DNA from: Amoeboradix gromovi X-113
Lineage: Eukaryota; Fungi; Sanchytriomycota
Assembly (NCBI GenBank): GCA_018985225.1
Contig: JADGIF010000071.1
Location: forward strand, 1-23,464
Reading direction: 5' to 3'
Length of the DNA stretch: 23,464 nt
Part shown: positions 1 through 8,196 of the stretch, in pieces
Layout: each line of letters begins with the position of its first letter
Position numbering within the stretch: position 1 is the first letter of the stretch
The notes under the pieces: model-generated
The model's input: the letters and a program-made list of their open reading frames with translations, nothing else
What the model was told of the DNA's origin: nothing
The model's database searches: none
Position numbers and translations under genes: made by a program

Positions 1-140
1 TATTTATTTTCCTTTTATACTCGTCAACTCCGCAACTAGCTGAATGTCCACTCGCCTCTTAAATCCATAAAACTAATAAAGCTGAAATAATGTTCCAAGC
101 TGTTACAGAAAGTTGGTCCAGTTTTTATATTTGATGTCCC
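1..140 (-). mobile_element. Partial copy (A) of the 514-bp TIR element, cut by the window edge; 5' end relative to the internal ORF
   Basis: Aligns by eye with 5417-5555 with 6 substitutions and a 1-nt indel over 140 nt. Ends in the TIR AGTTGGTCCAGTTTTTATATTTGATGTCCC (111-140). Confidence 0.93.
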
Positions 141-1043
141 TTTTGTTTTTTGTAAATTTTCAAGTTTCAATAGTTTTTATAACGCATATGTCAAATGCAA
201 GTCCACAGGTTAAAATAACTGAATTTACTAAGATAGATTCAACACTGAGGTCTCTTGGTCTCTAATGTCCTTCATTCTAAATTCCACTGGAAACACTTTC
301 ACCAAACTTTACATGAAACAATAATCGTGACAGTTCGATTGTTTTCTTGAATAAATCATTCATCGCAAATTTTTATGCATTTTTGTATAATTTCAAGACT
401 TTTCCAGATTTTTCTAATAGCTTAAATACTCGATTTTCTAGGAAATCAGAACTTTTAACGAGGAGATCTGTGCGGCCATTTAAGATGTGATTATTAATGT
501 CATTGTGATAGTAAATCGCTTCTTTTCATATACTGCTGTCTTACTCTTCCGATCATCGTATTTCATGTTTGCAGCTAATATTTCTTCAATTCACTCAACA
601 CCTGCTACATCTCTGTCTTGGGTTTTTTGAATTTGATACTGGTGCTATTTTCTGGTAGTATATGTATATTGTAGTTATGGACACTTTGGTATTCTCCTCA
701 CTAAGAGTCTTGGCTAACTACAAAATCGAAAATTTACACAGAGAAAAACGATGCTTGCGGCTGAGTTAGAGCAGTTGGTCTCGCTTCCACTACTCTGAGA
801 TAGAACTGTAGTTCCGCAACTTGTGCACAACTTGTGCATTTTGCATTAATATACGCTTCATTGCGTTCCCCCAATGTCTTTCCAGTCGTTTGTCGTAAAT
901 TCAAAAACATGAGTATCTTTTTTATCCGATTCGAAAACTAAAGAAAAAACTTTTGGCGCGATAAAAAGTCATGCAATCGGGATAAACTTTTTATTCAATT
1001 AGAATCGATTCCTGATTTTACCCCAATCTATTTTTCGCAGAGC

Positions 1044-2051
1044 ATGTCCCAAATGTTCACTCCATTTAAAATTGGTAACTCAGAACTAAAGCATAGAATC
1101 GTTCTTGCACCGCTAACAAGAATGAGAGCTCCAGGGCATATGCCAAATTCATTAATGGAAAAGTATTACTATCAGCGCAGTACAGACGGTGGGTTATTAA
1201 TTACTGAAGGCACATTTCCCAATGAGAGTGCTATAGCATTCAAAAATGTGCCTGGTATTTGGTCCACTGATCAAACCAGTGCTTGGAAGCCAATTGTACA
1301 GGCCGTTCATTCCAGAAAATCTACTTTTTATATGCAACTATGGCATACTGGTAGAGCGTCTATGTTTAAGCCAGTTAGCTGCACTGCTGCACCATTAAAG
1401 GCAAAAGGAAGCAAGGTTCCTCATGCTTTAACTCCTGCGCAGATTGAACAAACAGTTCTAGATTTTCAAAATTCGTCGGCAAATGCTAAAGAAGCAGGAT
1501 TTGACGGCGTAGAGATTCACGCAGCTAACGGATACTTGTTTCAACAATTTTTAGATAGTACAATTAATGCCAGAACGGATGAATATGGGGGAAGTTATGA
1601 GAACAGATGCAGATTCCTGCTAGAGACTGTTAAAGGCGCTTTGAAAGTGTTTCCAAAAGGAGTAGGTGTTAGGCTAAGTCCTTATAGTACATACAATGAT
1701 ACAAATGAGATGGATGAACAGTTATGGCTCCATGTGGTTAGAGAGTTGAACAAATTGGAATTATCTTATTTGCATTTAGTGGAACCCAGGGTGATCGGAG
1801 GAGGACAAGAGGTGGTTACTTCTAACTCACTAGACAGTTTAATTAAAATTAATAAATTGCCTTTGATTTTGGCAGGTGGATTTAACTCAACAAATTATGA
1901 ATCAAAGAAGAATGTAGCGATTGCTTTTGGTCGCTATTACATTAGCAACCCTACTCTAGTCCATAAGTTGAAGAATAATATTGAATTGACGAAATACGAT
2001 AGATCCACGTTTTACTCTTCTGGCGAAAAAGGATATACAACGTACACTTGA
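1044..2051 (+). CDS. Old Yellow Enzyme family NADH:flavin oxidoreductase (ene-reductase / OPR-like), 335 aa
   Basis: N-terminal LKHRIVLAPLTRMRA, GLLITEGT, QLWHTGR, catalytic GFDGVEIHAANGYLFQQFL (H-x-x-N-x-Y), RTDEYGGSYENRCRF, AFGRYYISNP and C-terminal TFY...GYT are all classical OYE motifs. Confidence 0.96.
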   Translation: MSQMFTPFKIGNSELKHRIVLAPLTRMRAPGHMPNSLMEKYYYQRSTDGGLLITEGTFPNESAIAFKNVPGIWSTDQTSAWKPIVQAVHSRKSTFYMQLWHTGRASMFKPVSCTAAPLKAKGSKVPHALTPAQIEQTVLDFQNSSANAKEAGFDGVEIHAANGYLFQQFLDSTINARTDEYGGSYENRCRFLLETVKGALKVFPKGVGVRLSPYSTYNDTNEMDEQLWLHVVRELNKLELSYLHLVEPRVIGGGQEVVTSNSLDSLIKINKLPLILAGGFNSTNYESKKNVAIAFGRYYISNPTLVHKLKNNIELTKYDRSTFYSSGEKGYTTYT

Positions 2052-2576
2052 TGTGAAGACATTAATAAAGTATTACTACAATCTTAGTGTCATAGTGTGT
2101 CTGGCGTTTAATCATTTCGTAATGCCTCTTCGTTTAATTTTGATTCCCCCTGTAAAGAACAAGCTTCTCTTTCATGTTCTCTATCTCCCACAGTCTTTGA
2201 TAGGATCAGATATTTTCGCTGCTCTTCTTACCTTTAATGCCTATCGATATGACCTACTATCAAGTTAACATGCCCGAAAGCATTAACATTTTATCAACTT
2301 AATCGACGAATCAGGAAACCTTGGACTTCGAAGCATATATTTTTACAACGCAACTGCAATTAGATTTGCCCAACAAAATAGAAGCGATTGGTTTAAATAA
2401 AAGTTTACTCTCAGTGATAAGAAAAATTAAAAGAATTTGTTTATTTTAGCACGGTAATTGCTTAGAAATTTTAGATCAGGGTAGAACTCTCTTTTTGTTG
2501 AACTGAAATCTAAGTAACATCGCCAAATGGCTTATGAACCCATGCTGATCAATATTCTCGAATGGTACATTCTCCA

Positions 2577-2648
2577 CCAATCGGCGTGATTCAGTAAATT
2601 CTAAGATTCTTAAGGGTTTCCAAAAGAATGTTCGCAATACTATAAAAG
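2577..2648 (+). promoter_or_regulatory. Putative Pol II core promoter (CCAAT box + TATA box)
   Basis: CCAATCGG at 2577 and TATAAAAG at 2641-2648, spaced ~60 bp apart, upstream of the small ORF whose first ATG is at 2733. Confidence 0.4.
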
Positions 2649-2732
2649 AAGTTCAGGTTATTAATTCAAAAAAAGGTGTTAGTTGAACAGTCGAGCTATT
2701 TGTTAGACAACATAGAGAGAGTAAGTTCTTCA

Positions 2733-3026
2733 ATGGCAGGCTCTGAGCGAGCATGGATGAGTTCCATCGTTGAAAATTCCTCTAGATATTCACGCAATTG
2801 GGAGAATGAGTCTAAAGCCCAAGTATATGCTGAAGAAAGTTCAAGCATGCCAAGTTTGAGTTCGTCAAGTCAGATCTATGCAGAATATGTCGCTCCTAGT
2901 GCGACTGTACCATCTGATGTTTATTCCTCATCCCTTTACAAAGCAGAACCACAGGCCACCGAGACATCTGCATCTTGGGTGATGCTGAAATTCAATATCA
3001 TGATACTGATTGCGCTGTTCTTGTAA
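2733..3026 (+). CDS. Small Ser/Glu-rich protein with C-terminal hydrophobic tail (tail-anchored or GPI-like); true start uncertain
   Basis: Frame open from 2676 (GTG); first ATG at 2733. Ser-rich low-complexity body ending ...SASWVMLKFNIMILIALFL. AATAAA at 3039-3044. No N-terminal signal peptide visible. Confidence 0.55.
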   Translation: MAGSERAWMSSIVENSSRYSRNWENESKAQVYAEESSSMPSLSSSSQIYAEYVAPSATVPSDVYSSSLYKAEPQATETSASWVMLKFNIMILIALFL

Positions 3027-3248
3027 AAACAATTAAAAAATAAATGAATACCACTGCAGTTTCTTAATTTCTCGCTTAAACTTCTAAGTATCATTGTACT
3101 GTTCTTGAAATCAAAAATAGTAGACTGTTAATAATTTTAGCTTAATTAAAGAATACCTTTATTTAACATTTCAAGTGGTAAATTATTGAAGTTTCATAGA
3201 CTGCAAAACAGAAGAGATCTTAAGCACAAGTTACATAACATTTTGTAT

Positions 3249-4874
3249 TTATTCCAGGTATTTAACCATGTATGGCCCTTCCAACTCATATCCCAACTTC
3301 CTGTAGTAGTCTCTGGTACCGACCCCAGATATAACTGCCAGCTTTTTGCTTTTATGCTCTTTCTTAGCTATTCTTTCTGCTGCCTCCATTAATAAGGTTC
3401 CAAACCCCTGATGCTGGAACTTTGTTGGATCTCTGTTATGAATTGGCACCACGCTGCCATAAACATGCAGCTCCCTAACAATACTCTGCGGAGTTCCATC
3501 CATAAGCAGCTCAGGCCTGAAAACAGTTTCGCTACATTTTCTTAAGCGTAATAACCCAATTAATATATCTTGTTGGGGATCTTCATAACTTAAAAAAGTC
3601 TCCCATCCTCCATTTGCCACGTAATCTCTGCGTATCAACTCGACGTGATTCGGTACAACCTTTGCATGTACTTCTTGTATTCCTACTTCTCTAGTTCTTA
3701 CATCTCTGCATTTGAGTTTCAAGTCCTTCATCCTTTGCAGTGCCAGCTCTCTGATATTTCCATGTTCTACACCACTGGTAACTAACGGCATAGGTATATC
3801 TCGTTGCACTCTGTATACTCTAACCCATGGTGGTACAACACTTAGTATTTTGGCCAGTAAATCAATCAAATCATTTGGCTTGTAATTTTTATATCTTCCT
3901 TGTCGCCATAATTCATAAATACCTGTACCCCTAATGACCAATAACGGATATATCTTTAGTCCGTCTGCTCTGAATTTAGGGCTATCAAAGAATTCATCAA
4001 ATTGGTCTAAATCTCTCTCCATTCCTACATTTGGTAGATCGGGCATCATGTGCGCCACAACTTTGTACCCAGCATCCTTTGAAAGCTGAAACGACTCACA
4101 TACGGCTTTAACTGTATGGCCTCGGTTAGTATCTCTAGCTACATCTTCGTAAACACTCTGAACTCCAATCTCTAATCTAGTGCAGCCATATTTGAGCATG
4201 TCGTTTATATGAGGTTTTAAACAATAATCAGGCCTGGTTTCTATTGTAATTCCTATACACTTAGTAACTGAATGTTCACTAAACATTACTGCTTCATTTA
4301 TATCCTGGGAAGTGTGACCTGACAAGGCATCGTGCAGCTTAGCAATAAAACCGTCTCTATAATCTTGAGGTAGACTCATAAATGTACCGCCCATCACTAT
4401 GTATTCTACTTTATCGCATTGGTGACCCAACTGCTCAAGTTGTTTTATTCTACCCCGCGCTTGTTCAAATGGATCATATCTAGCTCGAATAGCCCTCATG
4501 GAAGTAGGCTCAAACCCAGTATAGCTTTGAGTGCTATATTCAAAGTCGCTATCAGGGCCACCAGGACAATAACTGCACACATACTTTGTATACGCAATGT
4601 GTGGGCAACGATGGGGTTTAGCCATCACAGCAACGACAGCAATTCCACTAGCAGTTCTAATAGGTTTCGCCTTTAAACGAGGAAGCAGGCTTTTCTTATG
4701 AACTTCCGGAACGCAAGCTATTATATCAACTAATCGGGGTTGAGATGCTAATTTGTATTTTTTTGATATTTTACCTTTAAGAGCATTTAAGTTGCAAGAT
4801 TCGTCCTCTTTTAATTTTAACAGTATTTTCACTATTTCAGTACATGCCAACACGGTGACTTCTTTCTGATTCAT
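3249..4874 (-). CDS. ELP3: Elongator complex catalytic subunit Elp3 (radical SAM + GNAT tRNA acetyltransferase), 541 aa
   Basis: [15 protein letters not shown], radical-SAM CPH-x7-C-x2-CPGGPDSDF, [40 protein letters not shown] and [16 protein letters not shown] are Elp3 signature motifs. Confidence 0.99.
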   Translation of the reverse strand: MNQKEVTVLACTEIVKILLKLKEDESCNLNALKGKISKKYKLASQPRLVDIIACVPEVHKKSLLPRLKAKPIRTASGIAVVAVMAKPHRCPHIAYTKYVCSYCPGGPDSDFEYSTQSYTGFEPTSMRAIRARYDPFEQARGRIKQLEQLGHQCDKVEYIVMGGTFMSLPQDYRDGFIAKLHDALSGHTSQDINEAVMFSEHSVTKCIGITIETRPDYCLKPHINDMLKYGCTRLEIGVQSVYEDVARDTNRGHTVKAVCESFQLSKDAGYKVVAHMMPDLPNVGMERDLDQFDEFFDSPKFRADGLKIYPLLVIRGTGIYELWRQGRYKNYKPNDLIDLLAKILSVVPPWVRVYRVQRDIPMPLVTSGVEHGNIRELALQRMKDLKLKCRDVRTREVGIQEVHAKVVPNHVELIRRDYVANGGWETFLSYEDPQQDILIGLLRLRKCSETVFRPELLMDGTPQSIVRELHVYGSVVPIHNRDPTKFQHQGFGTLLMEAAERIAKKEHKSKKLAVISGVGTRDYYRKLGYELEGPYMVKYLE

Positions 4875-5041
4875 TGCTCCTCCAAGTTAGATCCCAATAA
4901 AATTGGACAAATACTTTTTTGCACGGATATCGCCGCCGATTTTTGTAATCTCATCAAACGGCAGGTAAGACTTATAAAGACAATTTAAGTAAGACTTGAT
5001 ATCGCTAAATTAAAGTTTAGAAAAAACTATCTTATCAGCAT

Positions 5042-5555
5042 GGGACACCAAATATAAAAACTAGACCAACTCGTTTTTAAAGGTGTTCCATACGGAGGAA
5101 ATGCTATCATTAATAAAAGATCTTCTATTATACCAAGATTCTTTCATTAATTGTATTCCCCTCTTCAAAATAAAACTAGAAGACCCTACATCTCTTTCAA
5201 ATATATGAGGTCTTTGAGCATCTAAGCAAAAGGTGCATTTTCTTAGACGGTACTCTTTTCTAGAGTCATTTTGTAATGTTATACTAGCATCATTACTCTT
5301 ATCTATTCTAGTTTTTACAGAGTAATAGTGATATTTTATTTGAAATAAAGATTGGATGAAAGAGTAAGAGAATAGATCTACAGAATATTTATTTTTGAAA
5401 TTTCGATACAAAAAGTTATTTATTTTCCATTTATACTCGTCAACTCCGCAACTAGCTGAATGTCCACTCGTCTCTTAAATCCATAAAATAATAAAGCTGA
5501 AATAATGTTCCAAGTTGTCACAGAAAGGTAGTCCAGTTTTTATATTTGATGTCCC
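5042..5555 (-). mobile_element. Complete 514-bp non-autonomous TIR DNA element (copy B), candidate Fanzor-derived 'ghost' element
   Basis: Left TIR 5042-5071 is GGGACACCAAATATAAAAACTAGACCAACT. Right TIR 5526-5555 (reverse complement) is GGGACATCAAATATAAAAACTGGACTACCT; 26/30 match, 23/25 over the outer 25 nt. Direct repeat CAGCAT flanks both ends. Two further copies lie in the window. Confidence 0.95.
5061..5411 (-). pseudogene. Truncated ORF with TnpB/Fanzor-like C-terminus (second Zn-ribbon CxxC and RuvC-III-like motif)
   Basis: RKEYRLRKCTFC-LDAQRPH-IFERDVGSSSFILKRG aligns without gaps to the TnpB/Fanzor pattern CxxC-x(6-10)-[DN]RDxNAAxNILxxG. No ATG upstream of the motif (track start is TTG), and RuvC-I/II are absent. 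Codon-level conservation with copy C supports a coding origin. Confidence 0.6.
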
Positions 5556-5688
5556 CAGCATGTAATCTGCTCATATTTTACAGCATTTACTTAACTTTGT
5601 TTTAGTGTGTAGGATAGCTTATCAAAAATAGAATGGAGGGTGTAAAGACTGGTTACCTAAAGCTTATCATTAATTTTATTTATTGGTG

Positions 5689-7584
5689 TTACTCACTCTC
5701 TTCACTATCCTCATATCCACTTGTATCCTCTTCCTCGCTCTCCAAATCAATTTTCATGCCAAAGATCTCAAATTCCGATTCTAGATATTCCTTGATTTCA
5801 GTCCCATTTCCTTCCAGGTCGTAAGCACAATTAAAGATTTCCTGCACATTCTGTTGTATATATATCTTGTTTTTGTGTATTAACTCAGTCATTAGTTCGT
5901 ATTCTCCCTTGGCAAGTAGCAGTGAATAAAAACAGCCATTGTTATATTCTAGGTTAAATTGGTCTAGCATGGTATATATCCTGTTCTTAAGCTTGTAACC
6001 GCTTGTGTCATATGCGTAATACGGCATGCAGTCAGTTACATCAAGTGTAATAATGTTTTCCAGCTTACTGTCACTTCTGCTAATTGAACTTTTGTGTGGC
6101 GACCTTAGCAAGTCATCAAGCAATTCTACAAACTGGAGTTTAAAAACGTGTTTAATGTAGCATAATCTGGTTTCTTCACTATTATCCAGCATTGGAAATA
6201 TAAGTTCCATCATTTTTAGTAATTCCAGTCTTTTCAGACTACTTTTCTTTATATCAACCAGAACGGAGTAGTCGCAAGGTAGATAAAATAATTTTATACT
6301 CTTTGGTTTGACAATTACACTGTCTAGAAGCCTATTAAATAGCAGGACATCGCAGTTGTACATCAGCCTAGTTATCAGTAAATCTAGTATATCGTACTGT
6401 GGATATTGCAGATATAGGTCAATAGCAGTATCCAAGTCATTAATAACATAGTATTTCAATAGCTCTAGCCTAATTTCTACAATGTTCCATAATTTTAATG
6501 AAGCATCAACAACTCTGGTCATGAAGTAGTCAATAAGAGGCATTTCAGTTTGATTGCAATGAAAAGTGCTTAACGGATCAGTACGGTTTAAACTGGTGAA
6601 TGACTCTGTCTGACTAACAAAAGACTTTGAATAAAATTTAAAACAGTGAATCACATGATTAATATGCTCAGAATCGATCAATATCTGGAACTTCTTAATT
6701 ATTAAAGGATTATAGGCTGGCGAAGACTTCAGTATGTCTAAAGATAAAGATTCTATAGCTAATGGATGTGTGGAACGTGCCAACTGATTAAGTTTAAAGT
6801 AAATATTTCTTTTGTTGTACAGAATAGAAGAAGAAGAATAAAAGCAGGTTTTATCCTGGTCATTTAAATCCAAGCATATCATATCCACTAATTCAATTGG
6901 CATTAATTCTAACAGTGGGGAGAGACGATTTAATTCTAATGGCGTGCAAGACAGCAGACGATAAAATTGAAAATCATTCATAAATCTAGATTGATGGTAT
7001 AAAATGTACTCCTCTAAGCTGTTTTTCAGAGACTTGGATTTGTTCGATTTGCGAGAAATCTGCTTGTTAAAATTGTTGATAATGGGCAAAAGTGGATTAT
7101 AATTACTTTTTAACCATGGAGTAAGACATAATAACCCAGATAATGTGACTTTTAGGGAATGGTCGCACTTTCTGACTGATAGTTTGTTAAATAAACGAAG
7201 AAGAAAACTTGACTGAACAATGCGATGGTTGTTAGTAACAAAAGTATTGAATAACAGAGACAGATGGTACTCTAGTTGTGATACCTTGTAATTTAACAAA
7301 GTACGCTGTTGGACTTGTAGAGGAGTTAGTGCTTTGTACTGTTGCAGAAATATATGGAATGGACATGATTCAAATATATCATTAAGTAATGTGTGGGTGT
7401 AATGTGGGAGCAGAGGATCAAGGCAGTTGGGACAATTTAATTGCGATAAATGCAACAATAAATCCTGGCATTTTTTAACATTCAGAGAGACTCGTAGTTC
7501 TTGGTGGATCTGATCGATGGCATCTTCTAAGTTATTCTGACAGAATTCTAACTGCTCCTGACTATCTAGAGAGAAGATGTCCAT
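5689..7584 (-). CDS. Hypothetical ~631-aa protein with internal F-box-like motif and acidic C-terminal tail
   Basis: Long uninterrupted ORF; first ATG at 7584 (track start 7611 is TTG). LLELMPIELVDMICLDLNDQDKTCFYSSSSILY (~6802-6915) fits the F-box pattern L-x-LP-x-E-l-x-x-I-x-x-x-L-x-x-x-D. C-terminus is ESEEEDTSGYEDSEESE. Confidence 0.75.
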   Translation of the reverse strand: MDIFSLDSQEQLEFCQNNLEDAIDQIHQELRVSLNVKKCQDLLLHLSQLNCPNCLDPLLPHYTHTLLNDIFESCPFHIFLQQYKALTPLQVQQRTLLNYKVSQLEYHLSLLFNTFVTNNHRIVQSSFLLRLFNKLSVRKCDHSLKVTLSGLLCLTPWLKSNYNPLLPIINNFNKQISRKSNKSKSLKNSLEEYILYHQSRFMNDFQFYRLLSCTPLELNRLSPLLELMPIELVDMICLDLNDQDKTCFYSSSSILYNKRNIYFKLNQLARSTHPLAIESLSLDILKSSPAYNPLIIKKFQILIDSEHINHVIHCFKFYSKSFVSQTESFTSLNRTDPLSTFHCNQTEMPLIDYFMTRVVDASLKLWNIVEIRLELLKYYVINDLDTAIDLYLQYPQYDILDLLITRLMYNCDVLLFNRLLDSVIVKPKSIKLFYLPCDYSVLVDIKKSSLKRLELLKMMELIFPMLDNSEETRLCYIKHVFKLQFVELLDDLLRSPHKSSISRSDSKLENIITLDVTDCMPYYAYDTSGYKLKNRIYTMLDQFNLEYNNGCFYSLLLAKGEYELMTELIHKNKIYIQQNVQEIFNCAYDLEGNGTEIKEYLESEFEIFGMKIDLESEEEDTSGYEDSEESE

Positions 7585-8196
7585 GTGTCTGTAAGTGGTT
7601 TCACTCCTCAAAATTGACTAGCAGTTGAACACTCAATATCGCGATTGATTGAATTCTGTCACTACAGTGGATCTACTATTAAAACTTTTGTAATAGAATA
7701 AACGTAATAATTTGTTTTGCTTATCTGCGAGAAATGTCCCCAAATAAATCTCATCCAGAATATCTCCAATCTTAAGACATCATCGAACAATGTAGAATCA
7801 ACTGTTTCCACTCAGAATTAGCCTTGAAATGAGATAATCGTAAAAACCGATTAGTGAAATCTTACGCAGCATTTGTTGCTCAATTTATACAAGGGTGGAT
7901 CTTCAATAAAATACAACTAAGAGACATGATGCGCAAATTGACATATGCAAGTGCATAGATTCTGCGATTAGCAACATATATCTGAGTCTATGCATCACTA
8001 TTAAATTATGCCTTAGAGTAATGGAACGATAGCAGCCAACGGAACGATTGGCTTTGCCAGTTTTTCTGTGAAAGAACTGGATTTGATAATAAATCAGGAT
8101 ATTTAATCAGAGAAGTTAAGATATGCAATGAGAAGGTATAAATTTTGCCTTGGGTTTCTATCCCGATCAACTAATACAATTTGTAGATTTTAAAAA

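Larger units (their letters stand above)
5036..5561. repeat. 6-bp target-site duplication CAGCAT (5036-5041 and 5556-5561)
   Basis: ...cttat CAGCAT|gggacacc ... gatgtccc|CAGCAT gtaat... Confidence 0.88.

Noticed and set aside
570-635. DRDVAGVE (RuvC-III-like) and CSRC on the minus strand
   Set aside because: The two motifs overlap in different frames and are bounded by stops; most likely chance.
755-819. tRNA-like appearance (GCGG...CCGCA ends, A-box-like TAGAGCAGTTGG)
   Set aside because: No T-arm GTTCRA motif, no 7-bp acceptor stem and no anticodon arm can be built.
2053-2268. 71-aa ORF directly after the OYE gene
   Set aside because: Non-ATG start, overlaps the OYE poly(A) signal, no recognisable features.
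4560-4630. ELP3 has MAKPHRC where many orthologues have MCKPHRC
   Set aside because: The cluster-binding C-x9-C-x2-C triad is intact and this upstream position varies among Elp3 proteins.
5021-5026. T6 run 15 nt beyond the element end on the minus strand as a Pol III terminator defining guide length
   Set aside because: Absent at copy C, and a T5 run inside the TIR would stop Pol III earlier.
5433-5444. In-frame VDEY upstream of the Fanzor-like fragment, resembling the VDExxTSxxCxxC motif
   Set aside because: Not followed by TS or CxxC, and it overlaps the putative TATA box; treated as coincidence and not used as evidence.
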